Below are positions 36,709-49,678 of a stretch of 64,000 bases of DNA, piece by piece. This DNA is from Camelus dromedarius (Eukaryota). The notes beneath the pieces are model-generated. The model ran no database searches, was not told the DNA's origin, and saw nothing but the letters and a program-made list of their open reading frames with translations. Each line of letters starts with the position of its first letter. Position 1 is the first letter of the stretch. The stretch is from assembly GCF_036321535.1 (NCBI RefSeq), contig NC_087447.1, positions 32,986,001-33,050,000 on the forward strand, read 5' to 3'. A program made the translations under genes and the position numbers.

Positions 36709-38250
36709 ATGTTAAGTATATCCTCAAACTTCATTTAAATGCCCATCTCTGATCACTCTCTCAATGTAAATTCCTAGGAATCCTTCATGAAAAAATGTGG
36801 CCTGTGGATATGTTTAAGTTTTTCTTGGGTGACTAATTTCATTTTACAGAGAAAAGCTGGTGTTGCCCTACAACACGTAGTGAGTAAATAGTGGAATCTG
36901 GGAATGAAATCCAGGCTTCTGGATGCCAAACTGAGAATCAGAATGTTTGCGTTTCTTCAGTGAATCTGGGAACTCAAAGGGCTAAGGAAATAGTTGTTGA
37001 AGGACAAGTGGGATAGCCACATGGTCTCAGAGCGTATGTGATTCATAACACATAAGACCTTGGTAAGAAACCTTAAATTCCAACTTCAAGAAATGGAAAA
37101 TAAATAATAGTTTTTTAAAAAATCCTTCTTAAAGACCATACCTAAATTTCACATGCCACTCTTTCCGGTACTGAATCAACTCACTCTTTTCCCCAGAGCA
37201 AAATGCCGTTGCATAAATTAATATGTATTAGCTTGATAAGAAGTTATGCAAAATGTTTATGGGAACAGAGAGCATATGAATTAGCAAAGATGGCATAAAT
37301 AAAACACGTTATACTTGAATGGCATAGTAAGAGGTCTTAACAACTGGCAGAAGGAATAGAAAGTCTGCAGTAGCAGAAGATGGGTATCAGGCACGGCTTT
37401 TCCATTTACCTCCTGAGCGGCCTCGGGGAAGTAGCCTACTGTGTCTGAGTCTTAATATCATCCCCTGGTAAATTGAGGAGGATACGACTAACAATAGATG
37501 TCATTTCTAGACACCTACTGTGTGTGCCAGGCTCTCTATCAAACGATTTGAATAGACTATCTCTTTTAACCTCACAATAATATTATGCAGTGAGTAATAC
37601 TGAAGTATCTGAATATCTCATTTTTAGTGGCAAACTGAAGCTCAGAAACATTACTTTTATCCGATCTCGTCGCATAGATTCTGGTAAATAGTGGAACCCC
37701 AACTTAAATGGAGCTAGAAAAGCTTCAGAGATGGTGCTCTCCCTCCTACTTTGTTTATTCTCTTCTTGTCTGAGGCACAACAAAGATGTTGAAAGGAATA
37801 CATAAATCAGTGCACATAATCAAGTAGGAGAGGAGAACATGACTGATTGAGCCTCGTGTATAATCTGCTAGGTTCAACTGCCCTCGGTCACAGGTAAGGC
37901 GATCAAGAAGCAAAAGATTATTGGAAAGTCTGTGAAATTTGGATTCAGTCATACATGGATTAGAACCCCAACTCCACTACTGGCTGAATAACACTTAAAC
38001 CTGTCCTCATATACGGTCAGCAGGGTGGGACTAGCTGCCTCACAGCAAATAAACACGGAAGTTGGGACTCACAATCGATGGGTAGTAGGCTGATGCAGGT
38101 TTCACTTCCCAGGGGCTAAACAGTTTGTGGTGGCAGATCTACTAGCAGAATACACACCTGTATCCTTCCACCTAGGGCTCTTTTCACCATCTCAGGCTGC
38201 ATCTTTAATTTAGGGTCCAAATCCCCATTTGTGAACAAAAGGCATAGCTC

Positions 38251-38416
38251 AACAACAAGGACCTACTGTAGAGCACAGGGAACCATATTCAATACCTGTA
38301 ATGGCCTATAATGAAAAAGAATACAGAAAGGAATATACATATAAAACCAAATCACTATGCTGTACACCTGAAATTAACACAACATTGTAAATCAATTATG
38401 CTGCAGTAAAAAAAAA
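38251..38416 (+). mobile_element. Short L1 3'UTR end with TSD
   Basis: aacaacaaggacctactgtagagcacagggaac...poly-A; TSD aaaaggcatagctc (38237-50) / aaaaagcatagcac (38417-30). Confidence 0.88.
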
Positions 38417-40138
38417 AAAAAGCATAGCACCCTATAATTGTATTGAAATGACTTGAAAACTTGCTCTGTATCAAGGAGATGAGAATGCAAAATGGTTTCA
38501 CGTATTTTTCCAGATGTCTGAAACCTGGCAAAATGGTGAGCCCTGCAGAATCGTGGACAGGGTTGTGTAAGAGCTCCAAGGAGCTCTGAGAGCTCAGGGA
38601 CAACCCCATGCTGAAGGCATGGGGCAGCGTGTTAGACCTTCAGCTCAATTTCTCCATCACAGTTGAAAGAAGAAGGTTGAGTGGGTGGAGCTGAGAAGAG
38701 GGAGGGAAGAAGATATTCTAAGTTCAGCAGCTGAACACAAGGCTGAGCTGCTTTAAAGACGCAAAATCTCAGTTTAGCCAGTCAGCTTAGGCTCCTCCCA
38801 TCCTCCGGTGCAATGCCTCTCCTCTGCCATTCTTTATTTCTAGAAATCTCCAGCACAGGGAATAGTTCCTCAAACAAATTTACACTCATCTGGCTTGAAT
38901 GAAATTTTAAGAGTATCTACATCCATCTTTTTTTGATGGGTTCCACTGGATGGGCAACTGGGAGAAACCTCAAGTCAAGGTATTCCCCTTTTGTATGACG
39001 GCACAGAAGCCCTGCTTACTCCTTCCTGGGCACCTGTTAGCTCCCCAACAATAGCAGCAACATTAATGATAGTAGCTGCCACTGACTGAGCCTGTGCCGT
39101 ATGCCACACAACCTGAGACAGCTCATGCTGAGAAAAGTTACATCTGTCTCCTAACTGCTGTGACTTTGCACACATTCTCCCCGACAAGGCCCTCCCCACA
39201 GTCCCGTGGTCGCTGAAAAGGAAATATTCTCTTCTTTCTTTAGACAATGAAGCTATTATCCACCTTTGTAAAGACTTTTAAATTTTTTCTCCAAAATAGG
39301 GGTGGGCAGAGAAATAGCAAATAAATGTACACTGGTAGAGTGCTATCAAAATTGGAGTAAGATTTAAACTTGGGAAGAATATAGAAGTTCTTGTTCCTAG
39401 CCATCCTTTTTACTGGGTAATAGTTTTCAGGGTAAACTATTACTCTCTGTCTACAAGTCTGCAAGTCCCTGAGGTACAGGAAAAAGGCTAGAATAAAGTA
39501 TCCTACAAAAAGGCATCTCCCTTTACGAAAGGTTAAAAGACCTCCAGTAACTGAGAAAAATAAAGTCTTCTGCATGACTTTCAAGTTCTCTTTATTTTAA
39601 ACTTTACAAAAAAGTCATTTCTTATTATAAATATACTTTATATTTACTACAGAAACAATTAGAAAATACAAAAAGCAAAATAGAAAAATAACTACTAGAA
39701 ATTATATTGTGAACAGATAATGCCGTTCAACTTTTTTCATTGTTGTTATTTATTACTGATTTCCCTGAATACTGTTGATCAGGTACTTACTATACTTTGG
39801 AAAGGCTTGAAGGGTGTGAGAGGTCCAATGGTTTCATGAGTTTATTGAGTAACAATACAATAAATGAACCCATCTCTGAAGCAACTCTGGAAAAAAGACA
39901 AAGTCTGCTATTTCACAATGTCAGCATTTTTTTTTCAATTTTTTTATGCTGGACTGTGATCTGTCCTACAGCTTGACTAGTCCTGTCCAGTTCTCACTGT
40001 CTGATTCACAAGACACTGATTATGGGTACCAGATGTCTATACAACTATATTTATACAATTTATAATTCATATAATACACAAGTAGGGAAATGAAGTAAAA
40101 TTGGCTATCTTGTCTGAGCCACTGCAAATAGTCTTCTT

Positions 40139-40310
40139 TTTTTTTTTTTAATATATTACTACATTCACTTTTTTTTACTTACTTTTTGGAGGAGAGGTAA
40201 TTATGTCTATTTATTTATTTACTTATTTTTAGAGGAGGTACTGGGGATTGAACCCAGGACCTCATGCATGCTAAGCATGTGCTCACCACTGAGCTATGCT
40301 CCCTCCCCCA
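40139..40310 (-). mobile_element. Camelid tRNA-derived SINE (Vic-1-like) with TSD
   Basis: Reverse complement of the SINE head; TSD caaatagtcttctt (40125-38) / caaatagccatctt (40311-24). Confidence 0.92.
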
Positions 40311-40719
40311 CAAATAGCCATCTTGATTTATGTCCCAGTTGGAACTCCCACTAAAAGTGACTGATCAAATAGTCTTATCACAGAGAAAGCATTTGAGAGC
40401 AAATTCCCTTAAAGGGTGTGTGTGTCTAAGTTTTATACTATAAGAGAAATCATCTTATTACATACATTGGGAACTTTCTTCTAAAAAAACACACAGAATA
40501 GAGGGTTCTCTTCTCTTTCAAGAGAACGTGAGGGTCACATGTTCCTTGGGTGGGGTTGGAGCATCTACAGGTTTACTCCATCATGGCAGAGAATGGACAC
40601 AGAGTGGGCCCAGCTTCCACCAGTCTGGCTCCTAAGACTTAAAGAAGGTGTGCCCCACATAGCACAAAGTAGTATCAGCCAGGCTCTAGGTGTTGAATGG
40701 CCAACAATTTTGTAATTAC

Positions 40720-41106
40720 GTGTTGTCATACCTGGAGGGTATTACGCTTAGAGAAATAAGTCAGACAGAAAAACAAATATTGTATGTGTTCACTTATATG
40801 TGGAATCTAAAAAATAAAACAAATGAACACATATAATAAAACAGAAACAGACTCACAAGATATAGAGGGCAAACTGGTAGTTACCAGAAGGGAGCAGGGT
40901 GGGAGGAGGGGCAACACAGGTAAAGAGGTTAACAGGTATAAACTACTGATATAAAATAAGTTACTAGAATGCAATGTACACCACAGGGGATACAGTCAAT
41001 ATTTTATAGTAACTTTGTATGGAATATATTCTATACAAACACTGAATTACTATGTTGCACATCTGAAACTAATATATTGTAAGTCAACTAAACTTCAACG
41101 ACAAAA
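40720..41106 (+). mobile_element. L1 3' end with TSD
   Basis: cctggagggtattacgcttagagaaataagtcagacag... to tail; TSD aacaattttgtaattac (40703-19) / aagaattttctaattac (41107-23). Confidence 0.88.
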
Positions 41107-41309
41107 AAGAATTTTCTAATTACAGTAAACACGAAGCACTTTTAAAACTCCTCAAGAGATGCTTTTAAAATGCTTTTCTGTCTCCTAAAAATGCTTTTAA
41201 TTTTATACTGTTACCAAATAACACTAAGAGAGAGATGATAGATAGATAGACAGATTGACTGATTTTTTAAAAGACATCTTCAAATGCTACATCAAGACCA
41301 AAACTTGTC

Positions 41310-41490
41310 AACAGGGAATATTTGGCAATGTTAGGAGACATTTTAAATGACTGGAGATAGATCACTAACGGTATTTAGTAGGTAGAGTCCAGTGATGCTA
41401 CTGAACATTTTACAATGCACAGGACAGCCCACTGCAACAAAGACTTCTCTGGTCCAAAATGTCAAAAGTGTCAATGTTAAGGAATCCTTC
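41310..41490. mobile_element. MER20 (hAT-Charlie MITE)
   Basis: atttggcaatgttaggagacatttt...tacaatgcacaggacagccc...ccaaaatgtcaa. Confidence 0.8.
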
Positions 41491-44400
41491 ACTAGGCCAG
41501 CTTGATACCTTATATTTAATCTCTACTTGTTGTTGCTTGCAAATTTGCTTAATGGCAAGTAGAAAACTTAGTCTCATCCTCTTCTTAGAGGATGATACTC
41601 TGCTGTTTTGTGGCAGGTAACACACTTCTGAGTTTAGTGGAGCTGTCTGAGTTTACACTGGAAAAGCCTTTAGGAGCACCGTGTAGTGCTCCACTCTGTT
41701 CTGTGTTTGGCTGCAAGTGTTCCATGATGCGTGACGCCCTTTCACCCCTCCTGGGTTGTGGAGAGAGCTTTCACAGTGGCCCTTTCTCATTCTAAGATCA
41801 GCAGAGCCACTCTTACTGATTCTGCACTCATCTCTCTCTTTACACATCTCCGTGTTAGATGTGAGACCAAATCGAAGCTAAGGGCTCAGAAAAGGGACAA
41901 AGGGTAAGAGAAGAACCAACACAACGTGTTCTCCAGAAACCAAGGGAGGTCAAATGTTTGCTTATCTTGAGTGGGGTGCTGAACAATTTAAATTTACTAA
42001 AATACCACCAGCATAAAATAAAGGCAGAGTTGTTCACCTCTGTGAACCAAACAGGAGCGGGAGTTTCAACCTCATTATACTCTAGATAAGCATCTTTTTT
42101 AACTAATGATTTCAAGGATTTAGTTCCATGTCCCTAAATTCTGAAAGGCTGAATATCACAGGCAATGAATAAAACCCATAGGTGGGGTGCAGAGGGTGGC
42201 AAGGGAAACATTTTTTAAGACTAAATATAAGTGGATTCTATACAGCTCACATGGGACCATTTAATTAGCCCTAAAATTAAAACAAACCAAATAAAAGATA
42301 GAGTGTAATCATGCCATCAGACATTGACAATGAGTTTGTATTTTTCCTTTGCACCTTGAGTCTCAAGGCATGTAGCATGGCTATTCAATGGCAAGTAGAA
42401 TTACTCAGTGTTTATTGCTTACAGTCAGCACCATAAAATAATTCTGGCAAGACATGACAGAGGCTTTCAGTGTTTGTCCTGTCATTCACCTAGACCCCTT
42501 ACATACAACTGATCGGAAAATACGTACTTTATCCTAGCCACAAAAAAAAAATCTCATGGATTTAGAATATTGGCCTGTATAAAATGGAATGGCTTTGCTA
42601 CAGATGGAATCACATGCATAGAGACCTTGTTTTATTTTACCTATAGTAACTGTATAAGTTTTCAAGAGTAAGTAATTCTCAATTTCAACTTCAATATTTA
42701 TATGGAACCCATGACCTGCCTATGTCTGTCTTACTTTTACCCCCGGTCTTGATTTTCTCCTTTATCTCTATTTTTCCTGCTCCACATTATGGACCAGCAT
42801 GTAAGCACGGATTCAATCAACCACTTATTGAGCAGAGAAAAGGACAGAGGTCAAATGGTCAAATCAGCAAGCCATTAAAAACCGTAATTAATTCTTCCTG
42901 GGCTGCCACTGACTCAGGCCCTGGTCTTAAGATCAAGCTCTCCTCCAATTCTTTATAATGTAAAAAGAATAAGAACTTTATAGGAGATGCTCTGGTTAAA
43001 TATCACTATGACAACATAATAATGACTGGTTTATAACAAGCAATGTGAGGTGCTTGATGAAAGTGCAGATTCATGGACTCCTCCCCCAGATATTCTGTAC
43101 ACCGGAAATCCAGATTTTACAGGAAGTCTGTGTGTTATTCTTTCAAACCACCTGCAACGCTTTATAATTCAGTTTGTGGAACACAAGCTGAGTTTTATTC
43201 TCAGTTCTAATACTTGCTCTGAAGCATTGCAGAGGTTACTCAACCTAGCAAAGCTTTACTGAGCCATCTATAAAACAGGAGTAATAATATCTGTCTCCTT
43301 TGTTTGTTCTTAATGCTAAAATACTCACTTAAAAAGCCTGATGCATAATTAGTACATGATAAATGATATACTGTTAGTAACGGTAGTATCCACCATCATC
43401 AACATTATCATCACCATGCCGTCCCCATCAATTCCTGTATGCTGATTTTAGGGAAACATAGCAGTTCTGAAGAAAGTAATGAGAACCCTTCAGAAATGTT
43501 TTTCATTTTAGAAAACCTAATTAAAATCAAATATATGAGAATGTGTGCTAAGTCACCATTAAGTTTCTTTGCTTTTGGCAAGAATTCTTAAGCTCCATGT
43601 GGTAGTTCTCTCATGCTGCTCAGAGGCTGACTTGGCTCATTTATGTATTTTTTTTTAAAGACAGACCAAGTAATTATTATTTAATAAATGTGATCTGATT
43701 TGTTGATAATAGGACAAAATATAGAAACAGTGGTACACATTGCTTATTGATTTCAGTGTTGAATAATTTATGGAGTTATGTTTTAACATGTTTTTTAAAA
43801 GATCAGGCTGCCTTATAAATACACAGGCAGTACAATGTCATCTGTCAAACAAGTTGGGGTATAACCACCTTGCTCATTTAAAAAAAGTATAATCAAAATT
43901 CAAAAACCTTTAAACACGAAGGAAGAGAAGCAAGAGCTTTGCTTAAATCTTTAGCATTAGAGGAAGATGCACTCCCCTTCATCTAATAAAAGGGATAATG
44001 ACTATGCCATCCTATGTCCATCTTTCTGTGCTCTACTACAAGAAGTGTCAAGTGTGATACTCCAGACTCAGCAAAACACAACACGGGGATTGTAGCCTAA
44101 TGAAACTCACGGAAAATTACACTGAAATATTCAATTTTACACGGCGTAAACCCCTTGTTTGCATTGATACATATATTGCACACTGGCATTGAATGTCAAA
44201 TTTCATTTACACACAGATAGGAGGATTTCTGCAATTTCTAAGAGCTGGATTTCACCAAATAGTGCCGAGTATAAACACTACATTTATTGTGAATAGAAAG
44301 CTGCATATAATGGAATCTTACCAATACTAATTGGCTTATATCATCGGGTCCATGAATGATAATGTTCCTAATAAACCAATATTAGAATAAAACCCCAAGC

Positions 44401-44868
44401 ACACCCATAAATCTGCTGCTGGAGTTATTTAATGTGCTTTTTCGCAAGGAGCATGTGGTTCTACTTTAGATTCCGTGGACACAGCAGATTGTTATAACTC
44501 CAGTGGTTGCGAGTGACGCCACCCGATAGCTGATAAGTGGGGCAGGTCCGATCGCCAGGCTTTATCTCTAATTAGCACTAAAAACGCACACTGCAAACTG
44601 TAGCAGAGACAAGATTCGAACTTGCTAAATTAGACACGTTGCAGGGAGGGCAAGTGAAGCTCCATTTTCAGAGGCAGGATGCCTATTATGCAGTGATCAA
44701 AAGGTCCCTGCTTTGGGACATACACCAACGACAGTGTATGAAGTCAACCCACAGTGCTCTATTCCCAGAGAAAGAGCTTCCATTCTCTCTGAAACAGTCT
44801 CTCTTTCTCTGTCCCCACCCTCAGCGCACGTGTGTACACACACACACAGACGCACTGGGCTGAGTTAC

Positions 44869-44964
44869 CTTTCTCGCAGTGGCTTCCTGTGAATCCAGAA
44901 GGACAGACACATTTGTTAGGAGCCACGCATGTTCCACCGTATCTGCAGCCCTCTTCACAGAATG
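44869..44964 (-). CDS. NELL1: NELL1 internal coding exon (96 nt, phase 1-1), EGF-like domain 4; about exon 15 in human numbering
   Basis: Minus strand reads T25-GGTGACAG|CA TTC TGT GAA GAG GGC ... TGC GAG AAA G|GTAACT, with canonical AG/GT. Translation (A)FCEEGCRYGGTCVAPNKCVCPSGFTGSHCEK(D) has six EGF cysteines and matches the NELL1 peptide as I recall it. Confidence 0.96.
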
Positions 44965-44997
44965 CTGTCACCAAAAAAAAAAAAAAAAAAAAAAAAA
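44965..44997 (-). promoter_or_regulatory. 3' splice site with T25 polypyrimidine tract
   Basis: A25 at 44973-44997 on the plus strand, then GGTGACAG| on the minus strand. Confidence 0.9.
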
Positions 44998-46742
44998 GAG
45001 TGACTTCTCTTAGATAAGGAAATTCATAGTAAAGAGCATTGGTATCAAAACAATTCCTTCTGTGTTGCATAGAGAATACATATGTAGGCTGACATATTTA
45101 AAGTTGCAGTGTACAAAAGGAAATAAATGTAATAGTAACTCTTCACTGGTTCACATGCAATCAATCGAAATGAAGGATGCAGACGATCTGGTGCTAAACG
45201 GCAGCTAGGAGGAGCGGCTATTACTGTTGCTATTAGTAAGACTGCTGACGTATCTGAAATCAAAGAATAAACTGAGTAACTAGAAAGGATGTGGTTGGGA
45301 TAAAGGCAAAGGCATTTAAAATTCAATTTTGTAGATACCCTTTTATTTTTTTTTACTAAATATCTTTTATTACAATAAGAACATTTTTACATTATTTTTA
45401 AAACGGTTTTGAGTAGTCGATATAATTTTTGAGAACATAATAAAGTTAACAAAGTGCTCACTTGGAATATTTAAGACGTTTCCAACATTTCCATAATAAA
45501 AACAATGCCTTGTCCTTACAGCGAAAATGCTTCACACACCTCAAATTATTCCTTGACGGAAAATGCCTCGATGTGAAAATCAAGGGGAGTGAACTTTAAG
45601 TTTTTTGATAAACACTGCAAAGTCATCCCAACCCCATCTCAGTACTACCCTGGCCAGTCTTCCCAAACCAGGTTAGTTTTCCTTATTTCACACCAGCAGA
45701 GCGCAGTCCCGTGCCCCTCTCCCTTGCAGTATCAAACACAGATGCTCAACTATGCATACTTTATTACCATCACCTCTTTGATCCATTGGACTGCAAGACC
45801 CAACAGGGCAAGAGCTATGATTAGTTTTGCTCTCCTTGCTACCAAAGCCTCAGAAACTGAGCACAAAGGAGATGCTCAAAAATATTTGCTGAACAAATTA
45901 ACCTATATTCTGCAGGTTGTTCTGACAGGAAAACCTGTGTTCTAACAATTCTACAACACTTCCATCCAGAATAATTTATTATCAATAGTTTTGTGTTCTA
46001 AGTCTGTAAAATTTCTCATTAATGAAAATGACTGCAACTTGTCAACACAGAATTTATTTTATTCACATGAGAGCCAGGTGAGCAAATGTTTTTATTTTTA
46101 ATTACAGTTAGAAAATGACACCCCAGAAAAATGTTCTGGTTATATTTTCCATCATCTCATAAATAATATGGGTCTAACTTTAAAAAGCCACATTATGTCT
46201 TTAGGTAGTTGAATGCTAGTTCAAGTACATAGAATGTCTCACAATATTGTCATTTTCCACATCATTTAATGTCCCTTGGATGATTTAACATTCTGTAGCT
46301 TAGCAATTAACTGTGAGTTCCTCTGCTGCTGCCAGAGGACAATGTATACTCTGGTGTTTGAATACATTCCCTATTTCCAGCATCTCAGTACCCGGAGACA
46401 GTGGGGGGTAAAAAAAAGGTTTAGGCAGTATCTGTCTTGGTATGTTGATCAGAAACTAAAATATATAAAAATACAGGTATGCAAATGTATACAAAATTTC
46501 TTGTCCTCAAAATCACACATCGTGGGCTCTGGTGACAAACATTTCAAGTAAGATACTTAGAGTATAGGCTGCATCAAACTTGATAACAGAACAATAAAGT
46601 GTTTCTGCAAGCTAAAAATGACAGACGGAAATCCGGTGAGGAAATGTTTCAAGTGGCACCTAAAGAAGGCGGGGGCTTGGAAGCAGGAAGCTCAGCATGG
46701 GTTTCTCTGTGGCACAAACAAAACTTGACCCAGATCTGTGTA

Positions 46743-46778
46743 CGCACACATGCACACACGCGTACACACACACACACA
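46743..46778. repeat. Imperfect (CA)n microsatellite
   Basis: cgcacacatgcacacacgcgtacacacacacacaca. Confidence 0.8.
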
Positions 46779-49489
46779 TCAGCAGACCTGGGTAGGAGAC
46801 TTGGTGTTAGTTTATAATTCATGTGTGCTCCTGATTTACTCAACTCTTAAACAGAAACGATAATTGGAGATTTTGTGAAGAAAGCATGAGATGCTTGTGA
46901 TGCTCCAAAAATGCACAGACATAACAAGTAGGGCGCTATGGGAATGAAATGAGTCAGTATTTGTTAAGGGACTTAAAACAGCGGTTGGCACATAGTGTCT
47001 AAGTATTTCGTTCAATTCATTAGTAGTGATATTGTTATGACCACGAAGCATGGATCAGGAACAAGGTATCTAATACCCAGACAGGATAAACCTACCCTGC
47101 AAGGTGTTCAGCTTCACCAAGGTGGGTTTAAGGCATGCCATGTTCTTCATGCCTGATTTAGTTTCCAATAAGAGTAGCGGTAGCCCTTATCATGGGAACA
47201 TCAGATAGGCATTAGTGTTTCCAAATAAAAATGGTGAAATGAGGGCTCAGAAATCAAGTGTACCCTCTGAGGCTATTCACTGCAAATTCAACTGCAATCT
47301 GGTATTCACATGGGCAGGTTCACCTCTATTTGGAATAGTTCCATAAGGGCTAAGGAAACTGACTACAAGTTGGAAGAAAAAAAATATGTCCATGTTGCAC
47401 CTGTTGCACTGAAGGGGTGTAGGGAGCTGAGCAAGTTCATGCTCCTGTTGCCTAAACTCCATTTTCATCCATTTTTAGTCACATTCCACCCAACCTAGGC
47501 ACACGATATTTTTAAGAGAATTCATCTGGAATAAATAAGAAATTCATTGCCTACTTGAACCTTAGATCATATGACAAAGTAATTTCAAAAAATACAAAAG
47601 CAAATAAAAAAGAAACATGCCATCCACAACTCAAGCTACTCTGGGGAGAGCAAAATCAGTGCAAGTTTTCTCTGAATATCTTGTAAAACATCAAAACACA
47701 CTACTGCATCCTAGTCTAAAGACTGCATAGATTATTCAAATCTGGATAGGCCCTTCTTGATTTACTATGACCCAAGCATTTCTTGTGGTACTCAGAGGAC
47801 CTCTGATTTGCACAGCACTACTTAACTGATGGCATAACCAAAACAGGAAGCCAAAACACCTGCCATATCTCTTCATAGCTTATGAGAAGATAGGATGACA
47901 GAAACCACACAGTCCAAATTTTTGCTTTGTATTTATTAACTGTGCGACCTAAACAAACAATTTCACTCCTCTGAACCTGTTTTCTCAAGAGCAAAGCAAT
48001 AATGGTAATAATGAAAACTCTCATCCGTGCTTGCTAAGTTGAAGGGCCAACGTAAACCACCCAACCCAGGGGACTGCAAGTGGATGTGCTTAAGAACTGG
48101 GTGTGATTGCTACTTATGACCAGGACTCTGCTTCTTCAAATACCAATACCATAATGCACCGGTTTCTCTTCTAGATTCTGGAGATGCAGCAGTGAACAGT
48201 TCCCTGTACGTTTATTCTTTAAGGAGGGCTCATTTTCACTCCTTCCTCGACTTGGTGACCTCAGTACTATCACATGGTTTGCAATGGAACTTGGACACAC
48301 AGCTCCTTTGCAAAGTCAGAAAAACTTAGGCATCATGGCTACGTTGCTCATTTTGTTGACTACTTTCTAGATTCCAAAGTATGGCTTATAGGCTGTGGAT
48401 GTTCAGTGAGATTACAAACTTGAATCTGTCATTACAAAGCGATTGGTTATTAACCTAGTACCCTGGGGGAGATGTTGGATCAGATCAACTCTAACATGGT
48501 ATAATTCTACTTTTGAAAGGACTCTTACTATTGTGCAGGAAGGTAAATCATAGAATTCAAAATTGAGGGAGAGTCAATCCACAGAACGACAGCTTTTGTG
48601 TTAAAAAAAAATCTCAGCATGTGAAAGGACACTTGGACTTGAAGGGGAACAGAACGAGCAGGTGTGCTTGCAGGTGCCAGTTTGTGGATGCTCAGTATCA
48701 TCGCCAGGTGCTCAATTTGACAAAAATAGTTTTACACTAAGAAAAAGTAATAGCCCTTCAAGCTCTGAACACTTGGCATGATCCTCTTACAATGTTACTG
48801 GCATCTATTTAGCTCCTAGGGACACCCTGTATTCTGAAAAAATCAGGACACAGACAAGTTTCAACACCATCTGTCAAAAGGAGACCACATTCCTCCCTCT
48901 CGGTTTCCTGGAGCTCCTCTCTCACCTCTTTGCCAGCTTTGCTCATTCTGTCCCTGGGGCGGTAGAGAGATTTATTCTATGGGTAAATCTGGAAACAATA
49001 TATTTCAGGACGATGTTTCTTGGGTGCGGAGAATGGTGAGGTGCTAGGTGTGAATTTCATTATTAAAAATAACTATCAAGATATGAAAATAAATTTAAAA
49101 AACTAGCCACCACGGACCAACTGTTACAAGGTGTCAAGAAACAAAAGATGATAGTTAATTTGACTATGTGCACCTAAATTGCAAAGAGGGGGAGAAAATA
49201 CTTAAAATATGGTCCTGCTCAGCAAACCTCCATGCCCACCAAGCTTCTCTCTTGGGAGTGAGCTGCCTTCAAGTGGTATTAATTTTCCTTAATTCCCTCA
49301 TGACACCTCCTCACCCCTGGGATTCAATGGGTAAATCAGTCTTATTCTGTGTTTATTATTAGCAAACCAGCTTGGCTTACAGACTTACTCCAGCTCTGTC
49401 CATAACAAAGGTGAGATCACCTCCTCCATGTTTGCTTTTTGGTTTATTCCTCACCTTGTTTAGGACATAATAGTTATCAAAGGCCCACC

Positions 49490-49600
49490 CAACATATTGG
49501 GTGTCACAGAATGGCAGGTGGGGTCAGTGTGCTACTGGCATCTGGTGGGCGGAGAATAAGGATGCAGCCCAACATCCTACAGTTCACAGGACGACCTTGT

Positions 49601-49631
<31 letters not shown>

Positions 49632-49678
49632 AAATAACTGGCCCAAAGCATCAATAGTGTTGAGGTTGAGAAACTCTG
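49490..49678. mobile_element. MER20 fragment containing an (ACA)10 microsatellite (49601-49630)
   Basis: gctactggcatctggtgggcggag...ggatgcagcccaacatcctaca...gaggttgagaaactctg. Confidence 0.8.

Larger units (their letters stand above)
1..44868 (-). other. NELL1: NELL1 intron downstream of the EGF4 exon (continues beyond the window start)
   Basis: Begins with GTAACT at 44868. I did not find the next exon (DIDEC...) in the window; NELL1 is known for very large introns. Confidence 0.85.

Noticed and set aside
36366..36734. 122-aa ORF (also 5643-5840 and 14476-14914)
   Set aside because: C-terminal remnants of L1 ORF2 in truncated elements, not host genes.
44759..45070. 103-aa ORF as a standalone gene
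   Set aside because: Only 44869-44964 is the exon; the poly-Phe is the splice tract and the rest is intron read-through.
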